Assembly (NCBI RefSeq): GCF_009914755.1
Contig: NC_060929.1
From: the human T2T-CHM13v2.0 reference genome, Homo sapiens
Reading direction: 5' to 3' (one strand)
DNA length: 64,000 nt
Shown: one piece after another, positions 12,343 through 24,957 of the stretch
Layout of the letters: each line of letters opens with the position of its first letter
How positions within the stretch are numbered: position 1 is the stretch's first letter
Program-made: the position numbers and the translations under genes
Notes under the pieces: generated by a model
Seen by the model: only the letters and a program-made list of their open reading frames with translations
Database searches by the model: none
Told to the model about the DNA's origin: nothing

Positions 12343-12661
12343 TTTTTTAAACTGAGACAGAGTCTTGCTGTATCGCCCAGGATAGGGTACAGTGGCACAA
12401 TCATAGCTCACTGTAACCTCAACCTCCTGACTCAAGCAATCCTCCTGCCTCAGCCTCCCCAGTAGCTAGGACTACAGGCGGGCACCGCCATCACACTCAA
12501 CTAATTTTCTTATTTTTTGTAGCCTGACCCTCTCTCTACAAAAACTAAGAAAATTAGCTGAGTGGCCCAGGCTGGTCTCAAACTCCTGGCCTCAAGCCAT
12601 CCTCCTGCAGCCCTGGCCTCCGAAAGTGCTGGGATTACAGGCATGAGTCACCCCGCCAACC
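12343..12661 (-). mobile_element. AluJ with internal inverted (fold-back) segment
   Basis: Antisense Alu; linker region replaced by an inverted copy (12494-12564). Confidence 0.95.
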
Positions 12662-12979
12662 TCAAGGGATCTTTATTAAGCAAATGGCTGCCCTAGACAG
12701 CCTCAGCCCCCAGGGTGAGCGGCTGCCTGCACTTTGGCTGGAGGAGATCCTTCTGAGTGGCTCCGTTTGGCCTGCAGCCACTAAAATCTCCTAGGACCTG
12801 TCTCACTCCTGAAGGCAGGGTCTCTGTCCTCAGCTGCAGCTGAGCTGGGATGATTCCCCTTCCCCGGCTCCCCTCCTTTTCTTACCCCGCCCTCCGCCCA
12901 TGGACCCAGCACTCCCAGACACATCATTCATGTTTTCTGGCGGGTTTGCTGTTAGCTGCATTCCTGTTTCATGATGTGC

Positions 12980-13490
12980 AGTGTCATCTCCTTGCAGCGT
13001 GAGCCCTCGCTGCAGCACGCAGGACGAAGGCCGCCTGCCACTGGAACGCGGTCTCGCGGGTGTCGGGGTGCAGCGCAGGCCAGGCGGACAGGAGGTGCGG
13101 CTGTGAGCCGTCCCACAAGGACAATGGAACTTTTATTTCTGGCCTGTCTTGGTTGGCAGTCTCTCTCCCACTCTCTTTCTTGGTTGGGCTTTGGTTTAAA
13201 GTTACCCTTTCAGGATTAGGTTGGTGTTTTCTTTCCCATGCCACCTGGGAAGTTTCTGTTTCCGAAGTGGCTGAACACAGACGGGTCAGTCAGTCCCAGG
13301 CCTTTACCCGGCAGAGGCGCGCGGCCGGGGCTTCTCCAAATCACCCGACAGACAGAGGCCCGCCAGACTTGCTTCTTGCCATGTGGGAAGGCATGCTGCC
13401 CTACAAGCTAATCTTTAAATTACTGTTTTATATTGGGCACATGTAATTATAACCAAGCGTCCCTACCCTAACCTCCACCCCCGCGCCCCG
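12980..13490. promoter_or_regulatory. Small orphan CpG island / candidate enhancer
   Basis: Local CpG enrichment (aacgcggtctcgcgggtgtcgg, ggcgcgcggccgggg) in repeat-free DNA. Confidence 0.6.
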
Positions 13491-14119
13491 TTTTTCACAG
13501 AAAATCTTGGGAACAAGAACTGCTTGGGAGTGGGATGGGGGTGGGGGTCTGTGAAAGCAGCCTTGGCTCCTTGCTCCTCATTTTTATGCCTTCAGTCACC
13601 ACGAAGGCTGGCCACCAAAGACAATCTCCTATTCTCTGAAATTCAATGCCAAAACAAATGAGACAACCAAAAAAAGTTCTGGGTTCCCCTTAACCCAGCT
13701 GAGATGAGACAGCTTTTTAAAAGGAAACGCTAAAATCCACAGAAGAGAAGGGGTGGTCGGTCAGTGAAGCTCCTTAGGGACCCACCAGCCCTTATCCTAA
13801 GATTGTCACTTCCTGGAGGGTTACATGGCGCTGCCACAGCCTTCCCCCAGCCATTCTCAGGGCTAAATTGTTGGCTGCCTGTTACTTTCCACTTGGGGAA
13901 GCTGTGCCTCCGCAAACACAGCCCAGCTCAGATTAGGAGACCACAGCCTCCACACGGGGGAGTCTTCTAGAAGCTTGCCCCTTCCAAGCCCGAAGCATGA
14001 TGTTAATTTAACCACATAACCACACGCAGCTAAACCCATACCATAAGTGTGAGCACACTAAGAACCAGGGAGACTTCTTTCAACTTCTCTCAGTGTATCA
14101 TTATCTTATCTGGGACTAT

Positions 14120-14482
14120 GCTGCCGCTGCCTCCTCCTCCTCTGCCTCCTCCTCCCCCTCCTCCTCTGCCTCCTGCCTCCTCCTCCTCCCCCTCCTTCTC
14201 CTCTTCTTCTCCTCCTCCTCCTCCTTCTTCCTCCTTCTCCTCCTCTTCTTCTCCTTCCTCCTCCTCCTCCTTCTTCCTTCTCCTCCTCCTCTTATTCTTC
14301 CCTCTCCTCCTCCTCTTCTTCTTCCCTCTCCTCCTCTTCTTCCTCCTCCTCCTCTTCTTCCTCCTCCTCCTCTTCTTCCTCCTCTTCCTCCTTCCTCCTC
14401 TTCCTCCTCCTTTTTCTTCCTCCTCGTCTTCCTCCTCCTCCTTTCCTTCTTCCTCCTCCTTCTTCTTCTTTCTTCTTCTTCT
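14120..14482. repeat. (CCT/CTT)n polypyrimidine tract, ~360 bp
   Basis: Almost exclusively C/T triplets. Confidence 0.95.
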
Positions 14483-14520
14483 TACAAAGGCAATACTTAT
14501 TTATGAGAAAGGCATACAGT

Positions 14521-14545
14521 AAACAAAACAAAACAAAACAAAACA
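14521..14545. repeat. (AAAAC)n
   Basis: aaacaaaacaaaacaaaacaaaaca. Confidence 0.9.
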
Positions 14546-14689
14546 CGTTCCTCTCATCCCTCCCCTACAAATTCTATTCCCTTGGAGTAACCATGACTAA
14601 ACCATTTGGTGCATATTTTTTTAAATCTGACACTTGCCAAGACTCAAATACATACTCCATGGTCATGTTTTAGTTGTTGCTGTTTTTAG

Positions 14690-15165
14690 CTCTTGTTTTA
14701 AAATCAACGTTATTGAGAGAAATTTACACACAATAAAATATGCCCATTTTAAGTGTGCAGCTGGGTGAATTTTGATAAATGTGTGCACCCTCAGGACCAC
14801 TTCCACAATCATGATATAGAACATTCTCATCAATCAGAAATTCCCTTGTGCCCCTTTGCTGGCAATTCCCCACCCTGGCCCCAAGCAACCCCAATCTGCC
14901 CTCTGTCATTATAGGTTGGTTTTGCCTACTCTAGGATCTCATATAAATGGAATCATGCAGTATGTACTCTTTTGTATCTGTTTTTTTTTTAATAAATCAG
15001 CATGTTTTTGAGATTCACTTGTGTTGCTATGTGTATCAGTAGTTAGTTCTTTTCTATTGCCGAGTAGTATTCCATTATATGAATGTACCGTAATTTGCTC
15101 ATCCACTCTTCTCTGGCTGGACATTAGAGTTGTTTCCAGTTTAGGGGTGATATGAATTGCCTGAA
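14690..15165 (-). mobile_element. L1M (L1MB/ME-type) 3' end
   Basis: cccattttaagtgtgcag...tttgataaatg...catataaatggaatcatgcagtatgt...gagtagtattccatt. Confidence 0.85.
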
Positions 15166-17164
15166 AAGCTGTTATGTTGTTTTTAATCATTAAAAAAGTA
15201 GAGAGAGTAAATTCAAATGTATCTCAGACCTATAATTCAGAGCTTAGTAATTAGCAGGCATATTTCTAAAGCAAACATCTTTATGTGAACAAGAAGTCCA
15301 GATAAGCCACCTTAATCTTGATTATAATGAAGATAATTATTAACATTGAATGCTCACGTGACACTTCCAATTTGCAAACTCTATTTTCAGACATAATCTC
15401 TGGCATTTTACTAATTCTATAAATGCCAGGCTCTTAATAAGCTCTTTCTCAAACCCCACCTCCTCCTCCACATCCACACAGTTGGGACAAGGCTGGCTCC
15501 ACTGGCATTCAGAAGACATGAGGAATTCTACTGATAGTTTTATGCACAAAGCCCTGACCCATGTGCCTGTTCATGCAGATCATTTAAGTCCTGATTTAAA
15601 TCGAGTTCTAGAGAATTTAATTAGAAATATTCCAAAAGGAGTGCTATATACGCATCCATTAATTTAAAAGAATCCATTAGAAAGAACCTTGAAAAAAATT
15701 AAAGTAGATAGCACCACAACATGATTTGACTTATTTTGCTGACTACATAAGGTAATTTTGATGATGGAAGACATGCCACCCAAAAAGCAAAATCATCTAG
15801 CAAAGTGGTAGAGTAAACCTATACATCCAAGCCATGACTTCCATGCTTCTGGTCAGGAATGCAATTTTCCCCTCACTGGAATTATTCATTTCCTTTTTAA
15901 TAGGTCATGTCTCATTTACCTTGATTTAGCTGTGGGCCAAATACAGTTATGCAGTTGGTGTGGGAAGAGAAGGAGAGAGACCAAGAGAGAACTTTATGGG
16001 AAATATGGTAGCTTTGTTCTTAAGATCCAAGTACATGCATGTCAGGAATTGTACCACATCTTCGGTTCTTTTTCTATTATGAAGAGAGTAAAGGGTTTTT
16101 CTATGTTTGTGTACTTGAAAGAATAACGAGAAGTATGCTTGAAAATACTGTTTGATGAATAGCGCTTTTACGTGTGTCACTATGAGGAAGTATCATATTG
16201 CGCATTTCACCGCAAGGCCAAGGAGAATATTTAAAAAGAAAACTCCACTGTAATGTGAAAAATAGACCGATACCTACATCTGTCTACAGGAAGAATAAAT
16301 CACTAAACAAATATTTTAATGGCCTTAAAATACAATCAGAAAGAGCAATTCTCGAAGGTGGTTAGTTTGAGCCCTCATTAGAAAGTTTATTTTCATTGAG
16401 TGTATGGATTGTTGTGTATCTACAGTTGCAGTTATGATAAATTTACAGGAGAAACATCATATGACCACATCCTGTTACATGGACATTCTACCCATGAGAT
16501 GGAATGGAAATAAAGTACTGAGATGAACAATAAGCTGTAACAATCAGCCTTGACAAGGAAATGCCACAGTCTGAGATTCCAATTCTGACAGGAATTGACT
16601 TTAAAAAAATCCACATAGAACCCCGACTTCTTTCCACCATATTACACTTTGTACTACAATCCCTGTTTTACAGAAAATCCCATAAGGTAAGCATAGCACT
16701 CAATAAATATTGATTGAATAAATAAATATTGAACCTAATGAAGTTCTTAACATTCTACTAGCTTTTTAAAATAGCATTTTAGAAAATAACTTACCACTGG
16801 CCTGGTGGATAGAGATCCATTTGATCAGAAGTTAGGAGATTATCTTGACCTTCAGAAATGATGAACTGTTCTAAACTTTGATTTCTCTTTTAATAAAAAG
16901 TTAACATTCTTTTCCATCAAATCACATATTAGAGAGTATTATTTAAGTGAGGTCTGAAAAAAAATCTTGATTTTCTAACCAATGAAAGTAATACAAACTT
17001 ATTTTACCAGGTTAAACAATGCAGAAATGCATAAATTATGCAAAATGTGGTAGGACTCTTACCTAAGTCAGTGCCAGTCTTCAGAGGTAGCCGTGGTTAA
17101 CAGTGCAAAGTATAACCTTTCAGTAGCACTTTTTTCTGTGCACTTCTAAATGTACAGAGTTGGG

Positions 17165-17476
17165 GTTTTTTTTTTTTGTTGTTGTTGTTGTTTTGGAAAC
17201 AGGGTCTTACTCTGCAGCCCATGCTTGAGTCCAGTGGTGAGATCACAGCTCACTGAAGCCTCAAATTCTGTGGGCTCAAGTGATCCTCCCACCTCAGCCT
17301 CCCGAGTAGCTAGGACCACAGGTGTGTGCCACCGTGCCTGGCTATTGTTTAAACTTTTTGTGGAGATGGGGTTTCGCCATGTTGCCCAGGCTGATCTCAA
17401 ACTCCTGGCCTCAAGAGATCCACCCACCTTAGCGTCCCGAAGTCCTGGGATTACAGGCATGATCCACTGTGCCAGG
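17165..17476 (-). mobile_element. AluJ
   Basis: T/(TTG)n tail then antisense Alu with J diagnostics. Confidence 0.95.
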
Positions 17477-17614
17477 TGAGATTTTTTTCATTAAGCAAAA
17501 CATGTATCATATGATAAATATTATTTTTCAATTTGCTATTTTTCTTAGTGAGATTTTTACATTCATGTGCTAGAACAGTGTCTAGGCCAGCCTTCAAAGA
17601 AGAGGATGTCTTTT

Positions 17615-17712
17615 GCTCATTAATCCATTCAACAAACATTTACTGAGTCTTTACTGTATACCTGGCACTGTTCTGGGTGTTAGGAGGCAGCAGAAAAGGA
17701 GTCCCTGCCTAC
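17615..17712 (-). mobile_element. L2 3' end
   Basis: cattcaacaaacatttactgag...cctggcactgttctggg. Confidence 0.75.
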
Positions 17713-19303
17713 ACGGCTGACTTCCCTGCCTCGGTACTCAGTGTCTCATTGTGAGTGTCTGTCGCCTACCTCTTGAACCTTTGGGGAATGCACATTTTAG
17801 TTACTGGCTGAAACATCTGATTGCAAATCTTCCATGGGAGTAGTTTACACTAAATTCTAAAATTTAGTTAAATAAATATATTACCTAATAGGGCTTTACT
17901 ACATATGTTTTTGAAACCAAAAGATGTTCTTATCTTTGAGTTTAGACTAGAATATATCTTGTTTCCTGTTGCTTTGTTTGAATATCATTGATATGTGAAT
18001 ACAATATAGATGTAGTTCTTTAATGTCTAGTGAAGGGATTTGTAATCTCCATTGTACCACCAAGTTATCCCTAAATCATACCACCAACCACCAGAAAAAT
18101 CATGCCTTGGCAGGAAGGGAGCCTGTTCTCAAACACTGCGGAGAAACTGTTGTCCTGGCTTGGATAGTATTCTGGAATAAGGGTCATCTTCAAATGGACT
18201 GTCTTAGAGTGAAATAAGAAATGCCTCTGGATCTTCTTTTTTCATATTTTTTCCATGCCAAGGGTTTATACACACATGCACACACTTAAGTCCTTTATTG
18301 CCTAGAATCTTAGCTCCCAGAGCCCTGGAATCAATGGCAATCACTGCTCAGGCCCCAGTAGCTTCCTCTTAGGAGTAAATTCAAATTCTGTACTAAAAGA
18401 AATATCCGGGAGGCTATTTCTTAATGCTATCTTCCTCCCTCACACCTGATTGGTTATGACAAAGAGGCTGAGCCTCAGTCCCTCCCCTGAGGCTGCTGGC
18501 CTGGTTAATCTGTCCTCCAGGTCTCCCATGGGCACCTAGAGTTAAGCGACCAGCTGTACTGTACAAAGATTCTATTGAGGCTCAGCTCCAGTAACTTGCT
18601 GGCTTTGTCAGGGTAGCATTTACAACTGCGTGCTGACCTTGCTTGGCCCACAGTAGACTGTGTGGGCATTTGTACAGCCCCATGTGGGAACATCTCTGTC
18701 TAATTCTCAACCTTGGGCAAGAACTTTTCAGGTTCTGGCAGCCAAAATGAACTGCTTGGAAGACAAAGAAGCATTTGCTGGGGTCTGAAAATGAACCTCT
18801 CCTAGGTGAATCAAGGCAGTTTCTAGAGCCTGGTAGGGCTAGGCTGAGGTTGGGAGAGCTGCCTGTGGGAAGAAGCAGCCCCATATGAGCCCCAAGCATC
18901 CCTGCACGCCCCTGCTGAGAGTGCCAAACTGCAAGACCTAGCAGCCTTCTCACCCTGAGCCTTTATTGCAATTAGTCATGTGGACCATTAAGCAGGTCAA
19001 GGTGACCATAGCAAGACTGCTGTGCTGAACACTCACTCCCCGGTGGAGGGCAATTGAGTTGTTCACTGCATGATGTAAAAGGTGCTGAGTTCTTGGCCCT
19101 GGATTCCTTAGCTGTGGCATAATCCACTGTGTGCATGGTTGCCCTCTGTGCCTATCATGTCTCCTGTGGAACTTGGGGATAGGGAATCACCTCTATTACT
19201 GATGTTCCTCCAGTTTGCTGTGTTGTGGATAATAAACTGACTTGAGTCTCACTATCTACTTTGGATACCTATGGAATCGTAGCAAGCCAACCTGCTGGCT
19301 TGC

Positions 19304-19937
19304 TGTACTAGTAGTACCCTATTGCTTCTGTAACAAATTACCACGAACTTAGTGGCTTAAACAACACAAATTTATTTTATAGTTCTGGAGGACAGAAGTC
19401 TGAAATGAATCTAAAATGCAGGTGTTTCAAAGAAATGGTAAGCGTTTATTACCAGGAGATGTGTTTATTGCTAGGAGACATGTTGATTACTCTGATTTGA
19501 TCATTACACATGGTATATATACATGGATAGAAATATCCCTCTGTATTCAGTAAATATGCACAATTATTACATGTCAACTGAAAATAAAAGAAAAAGAAGA
19601 AAAATAAATAAATAAATAAAATCAAGGTTTTGGTTGGCAGGCCTATATTCTCCAGAGAAGAATCTGGAATTTTTCAGCTTCTAGAAGCTGTCAGCATTCC
19701 TTGGCTCATGGCCCTTTCCTCCATCTTCAAAGTGCATAACCACAACCTCTTCTTTCATCATCCCATCTCATCTTTCTTTGTTTAATCTTGCCTTCCTCTG
19801 CCTTGTGCTTACATTGAATTCACCTCATCATCTCAAGATCCTTAATCACAGCTACAAAGCCCCGTTTGAGTACATAATCACAAACTCTGGGATTAGGACA
19901 AGAACATCTTTCAGGGGTCATTATGCAGCCTGCCACA
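19304..19937 (-). mobile_element. MLT1 (MaLR) solo LTR, interrupted by L1
   Basis: TG...CA ends, taacaaattaccacgaacttagtggcttaaacaacac; perfect 5-bp TSD cttgc (19299-19303/19938-19942). Confidence 0.9.
19420..19620 (+). mobile_element. L1MA 3' end with A-rich tail
   Basis: ctgatttgatcattacacat...taaatatgcacaattat...aaataaataaa. Confidence 0.8.
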
Positions 19938-20153
19938 CTTGCTTAGTCACATTCTTTGGGCTCTTGTCACTTCTTGCCATCCTCTATGATGTCACTTTTT
20001 GCCTGATACTCCAGAACCCAGTGCTAATAGCAGAACACCCTTTAGCTCATAGTAGGACAGAGCAGAGCAATCTGTCTCTTTTGATTTGACCTGATGGTCT
20101 GGTAAGAGGGTACAATTTGCTACTCCTAGGCCAAACTCAGAGGTCTAGCACCT

Positions 20154-20275
20154 CTAGAATGAAGCTCCATGAAGCCAGAGACTCTTGCCTGATTTATTTA
20201 TCAGTAAGCTCCAATGCCTAAAACTGTGCCTTCTGGAACATAATAGGTGCTTAATAAATATTTGTTGAATGAACA
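20154..20275 (+). mobile_element. L2 3' end
   Basis: tagaatgaagctccatgaag...taggtgcttaataaatatttgttgaatgaa. Confidence 0.8.
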
Positions 20276-20399
20276 CATTTATTCAGCTTGCTTGTTGCTG
20301 GCTGCCCACTTCTACTCAGACATGAATTTTTTAAATTACTCGTGATAGGAAACCCTTTATCTACGTAATAGATTTACTTTCTCCATCTTGAGTCTCAAA

Positions 20400-20672
20400 A
20401 TTAGAAGCCTGATGGTGCCTTTATCAAAATAAGGAGTATGGGAGAAGGAGCGGTTTTCAGAGGGAAGATACTTTCTGTTCTGTACATACTAAGTTTGAAG
20501 TGCTGACGAGTCAACCAGGCTGCGATGTCATGCAGGAAGTTGGAAATGTGGTAGCGAAAAAATGGCAAGGTTGGAAATACAAATTTAGGATTCAACCACA
20601 CGAAAAATATAGATGAAGTCACAAGATTGATTAAAATGTCAAGGGAGAGGATGTGGAGAGAAAAGAGAAGAG
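20400..20672 (-). mobile_element. L2 fragment
   Basis: gatggtgcc...tttctgttctgtacatactaagtttgaagtg...ggaaatacaaatttagga. Confidence 0.65.
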
Positions 20673-21361
20673 CTCATTTGGTTAATTCTGCAGCATCTAA
20701 AATTAGCATGGGTGCCAACAACATATTTTGGTAATAGTCATACATATTAATGATCATGCCCACTGACACATATATTTTTAGATTCAAAGGTTCTAGTAAG
20801 AACATATTTCTTACCTGTGACACCCTATTTCCTGTCCTCTCCTAGCCTCAAGCCCCTCTTCCAGGATTGAGGTTTCTTGTATTTACTCACCCACTTTCAT
20901 TTAAAAAAAAAACAAACCTCTCCTAAGGTTTCTGTCCCACCTGTGGGGCCCCTGAGCCATGGTCCAGCAGTTTTCTTCTCCCTGTACACCCTCCACATTT
21001 GCCACCAGACCTTTCATACCACAGAGCTTGAAGCACCTGAACATGGGATTGATGGGCTCAGGCAGCTTCTGCATGGTAGTGCCTGCTTGAATTTATTGCC
21101 ACCACCACCAGTCCCAACCAGACACCAGGATCTGAACTGCGTTGGACACCCAGTCCAGATTTCTATCTGAAAATCTTTTGCTATGGTCTTTTAATTGCAG
21201 GTTTTATGGAGACAAAAAGAAATGGCTGACTTTAGCCTCATGATGAGAATGGTGTTATGTATGGTTAACTTGAGCATATTGTAAGCAGTGATAGAGTTTC
21301 TGCTATCTGCTCATAATTCCCTCTTCTCCTCAAAAAAAAAGTAGTGAAAACTCATAGCCAG

Positions 21362-21897
21362 TGTGGGAGCCAGCTTTCAAGATGGCCTCTGGTGGTGTTC
21401 ACCTGCTGGTCTTCACAACTGTTGTATGCTTCCCTTCCATGTTATAATAGATTGATTCTGTACGGCCAATAGAATATGGCAGAAGTGTTGGTATGTCACT
21501 TTCAAGATTTAATTATAAAAGGTACAGATATATTAACCTATTAACCTATAAGTAGAGCAATCTATCTCTCTAATCACTCATTCTGGGAGAAGCCATCAGC
21601 CATATTGTGAGCTGCTCTGTGGAGAGGCCCAGATGGTAAGGAACTGAGGCCTCCTGCCAACAGCCATGTGAGTTCGTCATCTAAGAAGTGGCTCCTCCAA
21701 GCCTCAGCCAAGCCTTCAGATGACTGCAGCCCCAGCCAATATCTTCACTGAAACCTTCCAAGAGACCCCAAGACAGAAGCACTAGCTAAACTGCTCCTGA
21801 ATTTCTGACCTACAGAAACTGTGAGATAATAAATGTTTGTTATTTGAAACCATTCAGTTTTAATGGTAGTTTGTTATGCAGCAAGATAACCAATATA
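21362..21897 (+). mobile_element. MLT1 (F/E-type) MaLR solo LTR
   Basis: ggaactgaggcctcctgccaacagccatgtgag...gactgcagccccagcc...acagaaactgtgagataataaatgtttg...ttgttatgcagcaagataac. Confidence 0.9.
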
Positions 21898-22109
21898 ACC
21901 AGGAATGGGGATCACCCCACACTTATTCCTCCTCTGGATGTCCTAGCTCAGCTAAGCTTCTTCTTGGCCCTTTACCACTCTTGTCATCAGATGGTCTGCC
22001 CTGAGATGAGAACATCTTTGCACATGAACTTGCATAATCAGCCTTAACCTCAGTTCATAGGCTAAATTAAAAATTGTTAATAAAGATGTGGAAAAATAAT
22101 TATTTTAAC

Positions 22110-23045
22110 TGGTATCTAAAGAAAAGCAAATTAATACAAATATAAAATTCTATTTTTTATTTATCAAAATAGTAAGGTTTTAGAAAACATTGATACTTAA
22201 TGGTGAAAAGGTGGTTCAATCCTTCTGAAATGTATTAAGAACATTCAAAAATTTTGATCTTTGATGCAGAGTTGATTATACTTCTAGGAATAGATCTGAT
22301 GAAAGTAATGAGAAATGCAGATAGAAATTTATAGCTAAAGATATTCACTACAGCATTTACAGTAGCCAAACATTAGACACAACCTTTGGTCCAACAATAA
22401 GGGATTTGTTTTTAAAAAAGTTATGGGCCGAGCACGGTGGCTCATGCCTGTAATCCCAGCACTTTGGGAGGCCAAGGCAGTTGGATCATGAGGTCAAGGG
22501 ATCGAAACCATCATGGCCAACATGGTGAAATCCCTCCCGTCTGTTCCAAAAATACAAAAATTAGCCAGGCGTGGTGGTGCATGCCTGTAGTCCCAGCTAC
22601 TCAGGAGGCTGAGGCAGAAGAATCGCTTCAACCGTGAGGTGGAGGTTGCAGTGAGCTGAGATCACGCCACTGCACTCCAGCCTGGTGACAGAGTAAGACG
22701 CTGTCTAAAAAAAAAAAAAAAAAAAAAAAGGTACATTTATTTTATTTGAAATTATGTAGCTACTGAAAACTAAGGTTATAAAGTTTTTTACCATGTGGAA
22801 AATGTTTCAGTAAAAATATAGGACACAATTATAAACGCAATATAGCCTTAGTTCTAGAAATGTAAATATGCATGAATCGAAAACTGGGGAAAAATGTGCT
22901 AAAATATTAGCATCAATTATTGTTTGAATAATCCTCCCCAGCAACGATTTGGAACAATTATTTTCTTCTCCATAGTCCTCAGAATTTTTAGAATTTTCAC
23001 ATTGGAGAGGTATTACTTTTAAATCAGAAAATAAAATGTTTAAAA
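22110..23045 (+). mobile_element. Degraded L1ME fragments flanking Alu
   Basis: acttctaggaat, aaagatattcactacagcatt, aaacattagacacaacct. Confidence 0.5.
22426..22729 (+). mobile_element. AluS (Sc-like)
   Basis: Full-length dimer, ggatcatgaggtcaag, poly(A) ~23 nt. Confidence 0.95.
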
Positions 23046-24957
23046 ATTGCATAGATGTAGGCAGTATAGCTTCTTAAAGTATCCAGTATTTGCCTTTGCC
23101 TTTTATCCATGAACCACAATGTTTTGGGTGATTCATGAATGATTCACATCAAAAGCCCTGGCCTATCTAAAATTTCATATTTCTTCTTGCTCTTTCAGGT
23201 AGGAGATTAATGAACATTCCAGAATGAGACTATGGCGTGGGAAGGAAGTGTGTAATGAACCCAGGAGGATGCCTAGGAGATGTGTCCATTGTAGCATTCT
23301 AGGTGTGACCACAAAGTGCCCAGCATGTGGCATTCTGAAGAAGGCCCTATGAGCTCAGCATTCTATTTCCTTTACTCAGAATGGAAGCAGGAAGATAGAA
23401 TTCAATTGCAAAATGTTGGTCACTGACTCTGAAAAGGATTCAAATTACTGACAGCTTAAAGTAATCAATGCTATGAAAGCCATAATTATCCCAATACTGC
23501 AAAGATTTGGAGGTTTAACAACAACAACAACAAAAACCAGTTCTCCCAGTCTGTGTCTTTCTGTCTGCATCTCTGTGGTTACATAACTAGAAAAGGGCCG
23601 GTTCAGGAATGAATCCCAGATGGCTCCGCTCAGTGTTTGCTTTGAAGTCGGTTCAATTCGATTTATCTGGTCTGTGGTTTGAGGATAGGGTGGAAGGATC
23701 CAACTACACAACAGTGCCCAGACCCCAGAGTAGGGACAGAACATCTACTTCCTGGGCACAAGTGCATGAGGAAAGGATTTACCCTTCAAGGGTGTTGATT
23801 CTGATCCTGGCTACATGGGGGAGAGGGGTGTGGGGTGTTGCTTCCTGGCCTGCTCAGCCTGGGGTCTCGGGGGCTGCTTCTCACCCTGCTGTGTGAAAGC
23901 CATGGCTGTAAGTCCCAGCCAAGCTTGGCCCCACGGGTCTCCTACACCCAGGAAGGTGTCAGACCATCTCAGCTGGGTAAGGTCAAGTGGGGCCCCGGGG
24001 TTCCGCCCTTCATTGTGGGTCTTGGTATTTATAGCTTCTCGCTCTGTTCATTTTCTCTCAGGTGGTTAATTATATCATTTCTCTCTCCAGTTTTCTGAAA
24101 GGAATAATTGACTCAAGAGGCTGGCCTGTCAAATATTTGTGTAGGGCAGTGTGCAGTGACTGAGGAAGGCATGGAAAGTGAGACAGTGCCATTGAGAATG
24201 GCGGGACCACAGAAGGCCAGTGCCAGGAAGGCACTAATGTCATCTAGTTCCCAGGCTGCAGACCCAGATGGCTACAGGGACAGAGCAGGTTCCCTAAAGG
24301 CGGGAACTGGGCTGGTATTGAGCAGAGGGACTGTAGGTCGGAGAGTGCGCACCCTTCCTAAAGATATGCAAATAAAAATGTTAATAATAATTTGTAGCCC
24401 AAAGAAAACACAATTGCAGGTTGGATTTGGCCCAAGGGTCAGCATTTGGACATTCTTGGGTGGTCCTGCACCTTCAATGTACAGACAATAAACAGGTCCA
24501 GGGACCTATCCAGTTGATGACTAGCCGAGCCTAGAACACTAGTCTTCCAGCTCCCTGGCCAGGGGACCTTCTGGTCTAGATCTCTGCTGACAAACTGACG
24601 CTGTGACAGCCCCTCCACCCTGCACCCCATAATGACAGTTTGACAGAAAAAGAAAAAGCACTCTGTCAACCCCTACTTATTTCAGGAAATGGCCAGCTAC
24701 AGAAAAATGTCCACCCCTAACATGAAATGTCCCATACTGCTCGCTTGCCCACTTGCCAAAGGTCTGCCCAGCATCCTCGAAGACCGATCAGAAAGTCTCC
24801 CTGCTTCCAAAATTCCCACCCTAATAGAATGATTGCTGATCAGAGACCGTCTCTATATTTCTCTTTCTACTCCATGAAACACGTTGTCCTTTCTAACACC
24901 TTTCAACCCCTGCTGAAACCAAAGGGACCTGCAGATGCTTCCCTTGCCACAAGCTTA

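Larger units (their letters stand above)
18330..19970 (+). mobile_element. Old ERVL LTR (MER54/MER73/MER74-like group), interrupted by MLT1
   Basis: 3' part ggaacttggggatagggaa...tgctgtgttgtggataataaa...caagccaacctgctggcttgc resumes after the MLT1 and ends ...ctcttgtca; 5' boundary uncertain. Confidence 0.5.

Noticed and set aside
14049-14546. Poly-P/S/L/E ORFs
   Set aside because: Translations of the CCT/CTT simple repeat
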